NCBI GenBank assembly: GCA_041648935.1
Contig: JBAZOA010000001.1
Location: 2,433 to 66,432 of the forward strand
Direction of reading: 5' to 3'
Length of the DNA: 64,000 nucleotides
Origin: Candidatus Omnitrophota bacterium
GTDB lineage: Bacteria > Omnitrophota > Gorgyraeia > Gorgyraeales > Gorgyraeaceae
The notes under the pieces are model-generated. The model was not told the origin of the DNA, did no database searches, and was given only the letters and a program-made list of their open reading frames with translations. The position numbers and the translations under genes were made by a program. Below, piece by piece: positions 25,338 to 33,972 of the stretch (position 1 is the stretch's first letter; each line of letters opens with the position of its first letter).

Positions 25338-26489
25338 ACCGGCTATTATTGCCTGACCCAGAGGTATGCCGCCGTCATGCGTCGGGATATTTTTATGTAA
25401 ATACGCCTTAAAACCGCTTTTCCCTAAAATGGACCCAACGCGGCCGCTCAGGTATCTGTTCTGGAACACGCCTCCGCTCAGGCATACCCTTGATATTCTA
25501 TATCTTTTCCTCAATAAAACGCAAACATCTTTTATCATCCCGCATACCGCGTCGTGGAATTTTAAAGAAATGACGCCGGGCGGGATTTTCTTATCTAAAT
25601 CCCTGATTATACCCTTAATCACTGGCCCGGGCTCTATGATAAAAATATCCTTATCTTTAATTATATCAAACTTATACCTTGTGACCTTGTGACCTTGTGA
25701 CCTTGTGACCAATATCTCTTTCTCTAATTTAACTGCCGCCTCCCCCTCGTATTTCGCGAAGCCGCATATCCCGATCAACGCCGAGACAGCGTAGAAAAGA
25801 CGGCCCGCGCTCGAAGTCAACGGGCTGTTTATGTTTTTCGCTATCATCTGAATCGCGATATTCGTATTTTCCCTGTTTATTTTCAACCTGCTCATGTCTT
25901 TATCGTGAACGCCATGCAGATAACTCAGCGCCATGCGCCAGGGCTCCCTGACGCACGCCTCTCCCCCGGGCATGGGCATGTATCTCAAATGTCCGGCGCG
26001 CGCGAACCCCCTGAAGCCGCCGATAAAAAATTCCCCGCCCCAGATATTTCCGTCAGGGCCGAATCCTGTCCCGTCAAACGCGACACCTATTATTTCGCCC
26101 TTGACATTATTATCAGCCATGCAGCTCGCCACGTGCGCCTCGTGATGCTGTATTTTTTTTATCCTTAACCCTTCGTCCCGCGCCAGCTCATCCGCGTATT
26201 TAGCGGAAATATATTCCGGATGCAGATCGCATGCTATTATTTTCGGCTTTACGCGGAATTTCTTACGCGCCGCTCTAATATGCCGCTCGAAAGACCTGAA
26301 ATTACCCAGCTCGGACAAATCTCCCCCCGCTTCCGAGAGATACGCGACATTCCCATCGGCAAGGCAAAAGGCGCTCTTTGACTGGGCGCCAAGCGCGAGG
26401 ACGCTGTTCTTTAAACGATAAGGTAAAATAATTTTGATATAATCCATAAAAATAACTTTGTCTCCGGCCGACAGGCCTGAGAAAAGCAT
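25329..26489 (-). CDS. hypF: HypF-like carbamoyltransferase, C-terminal Kae1/YgjD-like domain only (lacks acylphosphatase, Zn-finger and YrdC domains)
   Basis: Aligns with only the C-terminal ~380 aa of HypF (LALGAQSKSAFCLADGNVAYLSEAGGDL...). Start uncertain (Met at 26489 or 26447), and no SD before either. Confidence 0.55.
   Translation of the reverse strand: MLFSGLSAGDKVIFMDYIKIILPYRLKNSVLALGAQSKSAFCLADGNVAYLSEAGGDLSELGNFRSFERHIRAARKKFRVKPKIIACDLHPEYISAKYADELARDEGLRIKKIQHHEAHVASCMADNNVKGEIIGVAFDGTGFGPDGNIWGGEFFIGGFRGFARAGHLRYMPMPGGEACVREPWRMALSYLHGVHDKDMSRLKINRENTNIAIQMIAKNINSPLTSSAGRLFYAVSALIGICGFAKYEGEAAVKLEKEILVTRSQGHKVTRYKFDIIKDKDIFIIEPGPVIKGIIRDLDKKIPPGVISLKFHDAVCGMIKDVCVLLRKRYRISRVCLSGGVFQNRYLSGRVGSILGKSGFKAYLHKNIPTHDGGIPLGQAIIAGLS
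25681..25710. repeat. Tandem octamer repeat (gtgacctt) x3.75 inside the hypF-like coding sequence
   Basis: gtgaccttgtgaccttgtgaccttgtgacc encodes VTRSQGHKVTR on the minus strand. Confidence 0.9.
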
Positions 26490-26511
26490 TGTTTGTTCGA
26501 GCGGGCACGGT

Positions 26512-26536
26512 GTCCCGGCGCTGAAAGTGCCGGGAC
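26512..26536 (-). other. GC-rich hairpin (GTCCCGGC-N9-GCCGGGAC) in the leader of the hypF-like gene
   Basis: Perfect 8-bp GC stem 22 nt upstream of the candidate hypF start, within an unusually GC-rich 137-nt intergenic segment. Confidence 0.4.
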
Positions 26537-26555
26537 GAGCGAGAAGAAACACTGA

Positions 26556-26570
26556 GCGAGGCCGCCTCGC
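26556..26570 (-). terminator. Candidate terminator hairpin (GCGAGGC-C-GCCTCGC) for the metE-like gene
   Basis: GC hairpin followed on the minus strand by UCAGUGUUUCUUCUC, about 57 nt after the metE-like stop. Confidence 0.3.
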
Positions 26571-26626
26571 TGGGGCGGCCGAGCGTCTTTTCGAAGGCCT
26601 GCCGGCCGGAGACATAAATTATCTTA

Positions 26627-27658
26627 TTAAAATTTTTCTCTAGCTAATTTTGCTACCTTGCCCAATTTACTGATAATGTCTTCCGCGAGCGCTTCAGAAA
26701 GGGTACCCATGCCACAACTCGGGGTAAGCATTGAATTGGATATTATCAAATCTCTGGGGATTGATTTCGCGGCCAGCCTCTCCATCCCTTCGGACAATCT
26801 CTTAAAAAGCGACGCCGGCGTCTCTTTCAAAGCGGCCTCCGAGGTAGGCACTATGCCCCACGCCAGATATCCGCCCCTCTTCAAAAATCCCGCGATATCC
26901 CCGGAACACAGCAATAACCCCTCCAGGTATGAATACGCGTCAAAATTTATTATATCGACCTTCGTGTCCGTGAGTATCGACCAATCCGTGTTGCCGCAGC
27001 AATGAATCCCCGCGAAGGCCCCTCCCGCGTGTATCTTATCTATGACCGCGTCCAGCATTAATACTATCTCCCGCTTTTCCACATTAAAAAAACTTGAGCC
27101 GAAACTCACCAGATACGGCTCATCTATGAAAATTATGACATCTCTCTCCGAGGTCTTTAATCTATCTATCTGCCAGCGCGCCTTTATGCCCAGGAGCTTG
27201 ATAAACGCGTCTTTCAGCGTGTCATCATAAATAATCGATTTTCCGTTTTCATCAACCACGCCCAGCCCGAAACTCACCGGTCCCGTGACCTGGCCTTTTA
27301 CGTATTTTTTATCACAGGTCTCCATGCCGTCCAGAAACGCGTAAAGGCCGGCCGCGAAATCATCCGTCATCCCCAGGCCGCCGTAATCCCCGGAAAGATA
27401 CGCCTCGTATATGGCGCTCAACCCCTCGCTCAGGTCGCCGGAACTATCCACATGCATCTTTTTGTTTTTTTCGTCAATGACGACCGAAGGCAATCCCTGG
27501 GCATACTGCGAATACATGCCTTCCTTGAAAGACATCTTCGGCAGCTGCGGCCAGAATGGGATGTCAAAGTTATCGCGCACGATCCTGACGGCCTTTTCGG
27601 CGTCCAGGTGCGGCAAACTGCCTATCCCTATCGTCAGAAATTTACCGTCTATCCTCAT
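26627..27658 (-). CDS. Cobalamin-independent methionine synthase (MetE) catalytic-domain-like / UroD-superfamily methyltransferase
   Basis: LTIGIGSLPH N-terminus resembles the MetE C-domain. IHCCGNTDW has His/Cys Zn-ligand-type residues. 343 aa. Confidence 0.45.
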   Translation of the reverse strand: MRIDGKFLTIGIGSLPHLDAEKAVRIVRDNFDIPFWPQLPKMSFKEGMYSQYAQGLPSVVIDEKNKKMHVDSSGDLSEGLSAIYEAYLSGDYGGLGMTDDFAAGLYAFLDGMETCDKKYVKGQVTGPVSFGLGVVDENGKSIIYDDTLKDAFIKLLGIKARWQIDRLKTSERDVIIFIDEPYLVSFGSSFFNVEKREIVLMLDAVIDKIHAGGAFAGIHCCGNTDWSILTDTKVDIINFDAYSYLEGLLLCSGDIAGFLKRGGYLAWGIVPTSEAALKETPASLFKRLSEGMERLAAKSIPRDLIISNSMLTPSCGMGTLSEALAEDIISKLGKVAKLAREKF

Positions 27659-28653
27659 CGCGGCGCCCGGCAGGAATTACGCTCTATCAATTCTGTGTCC
27701 AATATTATCTTCTTGTTGGCCTTTATCTTCTTGAATATTACCTGATTCAGGGTCTCCACGCTGATAACCGCCATCTCGTGCAAAGGCTGCCTTATGGTGG
27801 TAAGAGGCACGGGAGAATAACTCAGGGCAAACTGGTTATCGTCAAAACCTATCACGGAAATGTCCCTGGGGACGCTTACGCCGTTTTCAAGACAGGTCTC
27901 TATCGCGCCGACCGCCATCTCGTCGCTGGCCGCGAATATGGCCGTGGGCGGGTTTTTTAACCTCAGGAGTTCCTTCACCGCCTTCTTGGCGGACCCCCTG
28001 CCGAAATCGCCGTATTTTATGTAGTCATCCCTCTTTGTCACGTTGCGTTTCTCAAGGGTCTTCAGATAACCGTTTAAACGGTCTATCGCCACCTGGGATT
28101 TCAGCTCTCCCGTGACAGTGGCTATCCTGGAATGGCCGAGTTTTATCAGATACTCTGTCGCCTTCACCGCCGCCTTGAAATTATCTATGGATACGCAGGA
28201 CACGGGCAGGTCTCTCGTAAAATAATTCATGATAACGCACGGGAGCCCGGCCTCCAGGACATTGTCTACCTGGTCCTCATTGCCTATGATATCGGAAAAG
28301 ATGACGCCTTCCACGGAAGACATGTTTAAAAAACTTTCGCCGTTACTGATGTGCACCAGGAGGTCCATCTTAAGGCGCTCCACGGCCAGGCCGACGCCCT
28401 GGATTATCTGAAGCGCGTAAAACGAGTGGAATATATCCTCGTACCGGGGAATGACCAGTCCTATGGTATTATTGTGTTTTGTCGCCAGCCGCTGCGCGCT
28501 TATGTTAGGCCTGAATTTAAGCTCTCCTATGGCCTTCTCTACCTTCTCCTTATTATATCTTTTCACGGAACCCTGCTTATTTACCACCCTGGAAACCGTG
28601 GCTATTGACACGCCGGCCAATCTCGCCACGTCTTTTATGTTGACCTTGCTCAT
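27655..28653 (-). CDS. LacI-family transcriptional regulator
   Basis: N-terminal HTH IKDVARLAGVSIATVSRVVN plus a periplasmic-binding-protein-like sugar-binding domain. Confidence 0.8.
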   Translation of the reverse strand: MSKVNIKDVARLAGVSIATVSRVVNKQGSVKRYNKEKVEKAIGELKFRPNISAQRLATKHNNTIGLVIPRYEDIFHSFYALQIIQGVGLAVERLKMDLLVHISNGESFLNMSSVEGVIFSDIIGNEDQVDNVLEAGLPCVIMNYFTRDLPVSCVSIDNFKAAVKATEYLIKLGHSRIATVTGELKSQVAIDRLNGYLKTLEKRNVTKRDDYIKYGDFGRGSAKKAVKELLRLKNPPTAIFAASDEMAVGAIETCLENGVSVPRDISVIGFDDNQFALSYSPVPLTTIRQPLHEMAVISVETLNQVIFKKIKANKKIILDTELIERNSCRAPR

Positions 28654-30161
28654 TTTAACGTCTCCCCGGCCTTGCCCAGTATGCTCGCCGTTACGAATAT
28701 CAATAGGTTTTTTCTTTCCACGCTGTCTGAATTCTTCCTGAAAAGCCCTCCCAAAAGCGGCATGTCCCCCAGCACGGGGACCTTTGTCTTCGTATTAGTC
28801 CTTGATTCTTTTATTAGCCCCCCCAGCACCACGGTGTCTCCGTTGCGCACCGCCACGTTCGTGGCGAGGTCCCTTGTCGTGAATTTCGGCAGTTTGACCT
28901 CCCCGCTGTACTCAAAAGCGTTTTCCTCGTATTCGCTCACTTCGGGATTCAGGGTCAGGGCTATGATCTCCTTGTCTTTGCCCACGCTCGGCGTCACGTT
29001 CAGGAGTATCCCTACGTCCCTCGTCTCAAAACCCTGGGGGACATTGACAAACCTGGTCTCTTTTATGCTGACCCCGCTGACTACCACCGTATCCAGGAAG
29101 TCGCCGTCGTTATTCAAGTCCTCTTTTGTGAGGGTCGGTTCATACCTCGTGGGATACACGTATTCGTCCGCTATCTTTATGGTCGCTGTCTGGTTATTCA
29201 GGGTAGTTACCCGCGGCGCGGAAAGGGTCTTCGACTTTGTCTTTTTCTCAAGGGCATGCAAGACCGCTGAAAACTGCGGCCTCGTAAGCAGTCCCTGATA
29301 ACTCAGATTAAGGCCTTCCGTGGGCGCGCCCGTAAACGCTGAAAACATGGAACCGCTGTTCGCGCCTACCTGATTCACGGCCGAACCGGAATCTTTATAT
29401 ATCACCCATGGGGTATCAAGGGACAGGTTAACGCCCAGCTCGCTTAAATCCGTCACGTTTATCTCGACGAATTTCGCCTCGATCAGGATCTGCACCGCGT
29501 CTATGTCCAGATTATAAAGGATATCCTCGACTACCTTTAAATTCGACGGGGTATTCGTGACTATCAAGGCGCCCGTGCGCTCGTCCAGATTTATCTTTGA
29601 ATCGCTCGGCCATGCCACCGCGTTTTCGAGCACGTCTTTTATGGTGCTTGTCTTCGATATCCCGGCCGCGCCCCCGAATCCGCCTTTTATGCCGCTGGTA
29701 TTGCCGCTGAATTCGGTATACATGGCAAGCCCCTGATCAAGAAAATACATCCTTGTCTCAGGCGTTTCCTTGTCCATGTTGTCAAAACTATCCACCCATA
29801 TCGCGTTCTTGTCCACCCTGTAGGCGAGCCCCTGGTTCCTGAAGATATACTTCAACAGGCTTTCCAGCGGCATGTCCTTCACCTTTATGCTGACTTTTTT
29901 CTCCGACAGCTTAATCCCGTTCCCGGGTATTATGTTCACGCCCGTGGCGTCTGATAAAAAATCTATCACGTAATCGAGGCCCACGTCCCTGAAATCAACC
30001 GTGACAGGCATGCGGATCTTATTCCTGATCTCCGGGACCGACACTATGGCGTGCCCTTCGCCGCCGTCGCGGCCTTTATCCATCGGCCTGGATTCATAGG
30101 CATAAAGCCCCTCGCAGGATATTAAAAATAAACACAGGTATATGACCAGATTTTTCTTCAT
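28650..30161 (-). CDS. pilQ: Secretin (PilQ/GspD family), lipoprotein-type signal
   Basis: Lipobox FLISC; secretin N-domains; C-terminal secretin domain TKVPVLGDMPLLGGLFRKNSDSVERKNLLIFVTASIL. Confidence 0.8.
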   Translation of the reverse strand: MKKNLVIYLCLFLISCEGLYAYESRPMDKGRDGGEGHAIVSVPEIRNKIRMPVTVDFRDVGLDYVIDFLSDATGVNIIPGNGIKLSEKKVSIKVKDMPLESLLKYIFRNQGLAYRVDKNAIWVDSFDNMDKETPETRMYFLDQGLAMYTEFSGNTSGIKGGFGGAAGISKTSTIKDVLENAVAWPSDSKINLDERTGALIVTNTPSNLKVVEDILYNLDIDAVQILIEAKFVEINVTDLSELGVNLSLDTPWVIYKDSGSAVNQVGANSGSMFSAFTGAPTEGLNLSYQGLLTRPQFSAVLHALEKKTKSKTLSAPRVTTLNNQTATIKIADEYVYPTRYEPTLTKEDLNNDGDFLDTVVVSGVSIKETRFVNVPQGFETRDVGILLNVTPSVGKDKEIIALTLNPEVSEYEENAFEYSGEVKLPKFTTRDLATNVAVRNGDTVVLGGLIKESRTNTKTKVPVLGDMPLLGGLFRKNSDSVERKNLLIFVTASILGKAGETLK

Positions 30162-30175
30162 GTTGCGCGCCCGCC

Positions 30176-32662
30176 TTACTGTTCGATGGCCGCCGGCCTG
30201 CCGCCCAAGACGCTCGCCATCCTGTCTTCGTCTCTATTCATGACGCTGGCCGTGACAAATATCAAGAGATTCCTGCGTTCCGTGGAATCCGTGCTCTTCC
30301 TGAATAATCCCCCGACAAAAGGCATGTCCCCCAACAAAGGCACCTTTGTCTTCACTGTCGTGTTCGTCTCTTTTATGAGGCCGCCCATCACCACTGTCTC
30401 GCCGTCCTTTATTATCACGCTGGTGCTGAGATTGCGCGTGGTGAACTGCGGTATGGTCACGCTCCCCGAGTACGACTGCGTGCCTGAGGCCTCGCTTACC
30501 TCCGGCGTCAGCGCGAGCGTTATGTTCTTGCCGTCCACCCCGACGCTGGGCTTCACGTGCAGCATTATGCCGACGTTACGTGTGACAAAGTCCTGGGGTA
30601 TGTTCGCCCACTCTGTCTCGCCGGCGTCGTCAAAGTCACCGTCGCCGTTTATGTCATACTGCACCAGGCTGACCTCATACCTGGTCGGATATATATATTC
30701 GTCTATCACCTCTATCGTGGCCGCCTGGTTATTCATGGTGGTGACGCTCGGGGCGGACAACGTCTTCACGTTCTGCCGTTCCTGCAGTGCGTGGAGCGCG
30801 GCCTGGAACTGCGGATGGCTGAGTATGCCCTGGTACGTCAGGTTAAATCCCTCGTCCGACCGGCTGAAATCCGAAAAACCAACACCGCTGCCTGACGCGA
30901 CGCCATGCAGGGCCTGCCTGGAATTGCTCACCTTCGCGCCCCAGTCGCTGTTCAATATCCATTCAAAACCTAATTCATCCGTGTCAGTGACCTTTACCTC
31001 CAAAAACTTCGCCTCTATGAGCACCTGCACCGGCGTGATGTCCAGGTTATAAAGCAGATTTTCCACTATCTCCAGATTTGATGGGATATTGCTGACTATC
31101 AGGGCGCCTGTCCTGTCGTCAAGCGTCAATTTGGATTCCTTCGGCCATTCCACCGCGTTCTGAAGCACGTCTTTCACCGTCTTGACCTCGGCGGAAATCG
31201 ATGAGGACGAGGAGGAACCTTCCAGATCCCCGCCCTTCGCCTGTGTGATGAATTCCGCGAACCTGCCCACGCCCTCGTTCAAAAAATACACCCTTGTCTC
31301 GACCTTTTCGTTGTCAAGCTCCTCTTTTGTCGCTATCCAGACAGCGTCCTCCTCTATCCTGTAGACAAGGTCCAGCGATTTCAATATATACATCAACGCC
31401 TCTTCCAGGGGCATGTTCTTTATCTTCATGGTCACCTTGCTCTCCGATATGTCTATCTGGGTCGAAGGCACTATGTTCACGCCCGTGGCGTCCGAAAGAA
31501 AGGCCAGGACATAATCAAGCCCCACGTCCTTGAAATCCACGCTGATCGGTATCTTGAGCCGCTTGCGTATCTCAGGCACCTTCACGAGCGGCGTTATCTT
31601 CTTCTTTCTCTCAAGGGCCCCTGTTTTTTCCTCGGGCAGGATGTGTTCCCTGGCCACGTCCAGGAGCATCCTCTCCTCTGTCAGCTCTCTCGCCTTTTTC
31701 AGGGCGTCCTCTTCCGTCTTTATCCGCTGCGTCTCAATATAATGCAGGGTCTCCTTGAATTTTTCGTTCTCCGGCAATTCCGATATGGCCCTGTTCGCGG
31801 TCTCTATCGCCTGGTCAAAATCCTTGCCCTTGATGTCCTTTATTATGGAGTCCATGTAATCGGTGACCTTGGCTATCTTTTCATGCGCTTCCCGCGCCTT
31901 TAACCTCTGTTCAAAGACCCTTTTAAGGGCGATCTTTTCCACCTCTTTTCTCTGGCGCTCCGCCTCCCGTATCCTCTTTTGCCTCTCCATCTCCAGCTTC
32001 GCGAGCCTCGCGCCTTCCATCCTCGCCAAGAGCAGTCTTTCCTCGTCTTTCTTTATCCGCTTCCGCATGTCGTTTATGAGAGATTCCGCCTGAGGGACCA
32101 ACTCGTTCACCGGATCTATCTCTTTGATCTTTTTCAATACCACTATGGCCAGGGGATAATTCCTCTGCTTGTAATATTCCATGCCCTGTTTATATGCCAG
32201 TTGTATCTTCTGCTGCTGGAATAACCTCTGTTTCCTCCTGGCCTCTTCCCAGGCGATCCTCCTCATCTCTTCCAGATTCACTATCCTTTCCTCTTCCTGC
32301 CTGGCCATCTTCTCCGCCTCCGAGACAACATCCTGCTTCATCTTTTCCAGTTTTTTGTACTGCAGTACCAGCATCTCCGACATCCTGGCCTTGGATTTAT
32401 CGATGTAGATCTCGGCGAAAGGCGTGAAATACGGCTCGCCCTGCTTTTCCTCCACCTCTATGAGCCTTTCGAACAGCGCGATCGCCTCCTTGTATTTCCC
32501 ATTCTCGAATAAGGACATCGCCTCCTCAAAATATTTCCGCAGATCGACCTTTGAAAGCACGGCGGTCCTGACATAAGAGGGATCCAGGGACGCGGCGCCG
32601 GGGCCGCACCACAGGCCGATACTGAACAATACTATTAAAATGCCGCTCAAGATCTTTCTCAT
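30176..32662 (-). CDS. Secretin paralogue with ~330-aa N-terminal TPR/coiled-coil extension
   Basis: C-terminal half parallels the adjacent secretin (TKVPLLGDMPFVGGLFRKSTDSTERRNLLIFVTASVM). The N-terminus has a signal peptide, TPR-like repeats and a long K/E/R-rich coiled coil. Confidence 0.8.
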   Translation of the reverse strand: MRKILSGILIVLFSIGLWCGPGAASLDPSYVRTAVLSKVDLRKYFEEAMSLFENGKYKEAIALFERLIEVEEKQGEPYFTPFAEIYIDKSKARMSEMLVLQYKKLEKMKQDVVSEAEKMARQEEERIVNLEEMRRIAWEEARRKQRLFQQQKIQLAYKQGMEYYKQRNYPLAIVVLKKIKEIDPVNELVPQAESLINDMRKRIKKDEERLLLARMEGARLAKLEMERQKRIREAERQRKEVEKIALKRVFEQRLKAREAHEKIAKVTDYMDSIIKDIKGKDFDQAIETANRAISELPENEKFKETLHYIETQRIKTEEDALKKARELTEERMLLDVAREHILPEEKTGALERKKKITPLVKVPEIRKRLKIPISVDFKDVGLDYVLAFLSDATGVNIVPSTQIDISESKVTMKIKNMPLEEALMYILKSLDLVYRIEEDAVWIATKEELDNEKVETRVYFLNEGVGRFAEFITQAKGGDLEGSSSSSSISAEVKTVKDVLQNAVEWPKESKLTLDDRTGALIVSNIPSNLEIVENLLYNLDITPVQVLIEAKFLEVKVTDTDELGFEWILNSDWGAKVSNSRQALHGVASGSGVGFSDFSRSDEGFNLTYQGILSHPQFQAALHALQERQNVKTLSAPSVTTMNNQAATIEVIDEYIYPTRYEVSLVQYDINGDGDFDDAGETEWANIPQDFVTRNVGIMLHVKPSVGVDGKNITLALTPEVSEASGTQSYSGSVTIPQFTTRNLSTSVIIKDGETVVMGGLIKETNTTVKTKVPLLGDMPFVGGLFRKSTDSTERRNLLIFVTASVMNRDEDRMASVLGGRPAAIEQ

Positions 32663-33216
32663 TCAGGGCCTTTCTCCGAAAGCTCTTCCTCTTTTTCCTT
32701 CCTGACCGTACCCAGCACGAGCTCTTCCCCGTCATCTTTCTTCAGGCGCACCTCTCTATCCCCCACGCTCGACACTATGTAATCGGCCACCTTGTCGCCC
32801 TCCTGGACCGAATAACTCTTCCCCGTACCCTCGTCTTCTATGATGACCATGACCTTGGAGCCGAGGGTGATCCTGCCCTTGTAAACCAGCACGGGTTTCC
32901 TGGGCGCCTCTTCCTCAAGAGGTATTATCTCCGGTTTTTTCGCGGCGGTATCTTCTGTCACCAATTTTCCGAAAATATTTCTCCTCAAAAGCGGCTCGCC
33001 GCCGTCAAGGGAATCCTCCGACTTCAGTACGGCCGTATCCCAGATATCCTTAAAGGCCTTCTTCCTGGCCTTGGCCTTTTCAGTGGCGCTCTGCATGTCC
33101 TTCATAAACTCATCCGCCTCTGTCTTTTTCTTCTCCTGGGAATTAAGGCCCACCGCCAGGCTGATCGCCAGACCTATCACCAGTAACCAGAATATGACCT
33201 TCTCTTTTGTGATCAT
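32659..33216 (-). CDS. PilP-like pilus assembly protein (tentative)
   Basis: N-terminal TM/lipoprotein-like segment, then a charged linker and a C-terminal beta-domain (VLVYKGRITLGSKVMVIIEDEGTGKSYSVQEGD). Position between pilO-like and the secretin. Confidence 0.4.
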   Translation of the reverse strand: MITKEKVIFWLLVIGLAISLAVGLNSQEKKKTEADEFMKDMQSATEKAKARKKAFKDIWDTAVLKSEDSLDGGEPLLRRNIFGKLVTEDTAAKKPEIIPLEEEAPRKPVLVYKGRITLGSKVMVIIEDEGTGKSYSVQEGDKVADYIVSSVGDREVRLKKDDGEELVLGTVRKEKEEELSEKGPE

Positions 33217-33971
33217 TTTTTTGGCCTCGCCACCATGAACGTGCTCGCCACGAAACTCACTTCCAGGTCTTCGGATTCTTTGCTGTTTTTCACGTGCAGT
33301 TCCTTCACCGAGACAACGGGGCTCCCGTTCCTCAATATCGTCAAAAGGCCTGCCAGGGTTTCGTGATCTGTCTTGATCGAAACCTGAACAGGCAATTCAG
33401 TATAAAATAACCCCTTGCCCGAGGGCACGGCGTAATCGATGGACTTGAGCGGTTTCAGGGCGTATATCTCTATATTTCCGCTTTTCAAGAGCGTGCCCAG
33501 GATCAGCTCTATTGTCTCCAGCTGTCTAAGAAGCGCCTCTACCATGCTGTCTTTGGGGAGCCCATCCCCGAAGCCCAGGTTCTCCGGGACCTTCACGCCT
33601 TTTTCGGCCGCGGACGGCTCAAACTCCTTCATCGTGCCGTGCAGCCTCTCTATGAAATACAGGCCCGCCTCCGCGCCGGATTCCAAGATCCTTGTTTTTT
33701 TCGGGTCCACGAAATCCATAAGCTCTGAAAACTTATTCTCGAGCGCCGAGTTTTCCTTCTCCATCCTGTCAAAACTCTCCTTGGACGGCAGGGATCCCGT
33801 GCGTGTCACGTACCTCTTTATCTCCAGGGTCTTGCGGTCCAGCTCCTCATCCATCATGCTCTTCCCTTCCTTCAGAAACGGATTTATTAAAAATACGTAC
33901 AGGCCCAGCATCGCGCCAAGCGCTATCAGACCCTGCTTCAAGAAAGTTTTTTCCCTGCCTGCCTTCAACAT
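33213..33971 (-). CDS. PilO-like pilus assembly protein (tentative)
   Basis: Single N-terminal TM, coiled coil and C-terminal alpha/beta domain; located after the pilM-N fusion. Confidence 0.45.
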   Translation of the reverse strand: MLKAGREKTFLKQGLIALGAMLGLYVFLINPFLKEGKSMMDEELDRKTLEIKRYVTRTGSLPSKESFDRMEKENSALENKFSELMDFVDPKKTRILESGAEAGLYFIERLHGTMKEFEPSAAEKGVKVPENLGFGDGLPKDSMVEALLRQLETIELILGTLLKSGNIEIYALKPLKSIDYAVPSGKGLFYTELPVQVSIKTDHETLAGLLTILRNGSPVVSVKELHVKNSKESEDLEVSFVASTFMVARPKK

Positions 33972-33972
33972 G

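Noticed and set aside
25681-25710. Possible CRISPR array or minisatellite at the gtgacctt tandem repeat
   Set aside because: The 8-bp units have no spacers, the tract is only 30 bp long, and it lies inside a coding sequence. There are no cas genes in the window. It is not a CRISPR.
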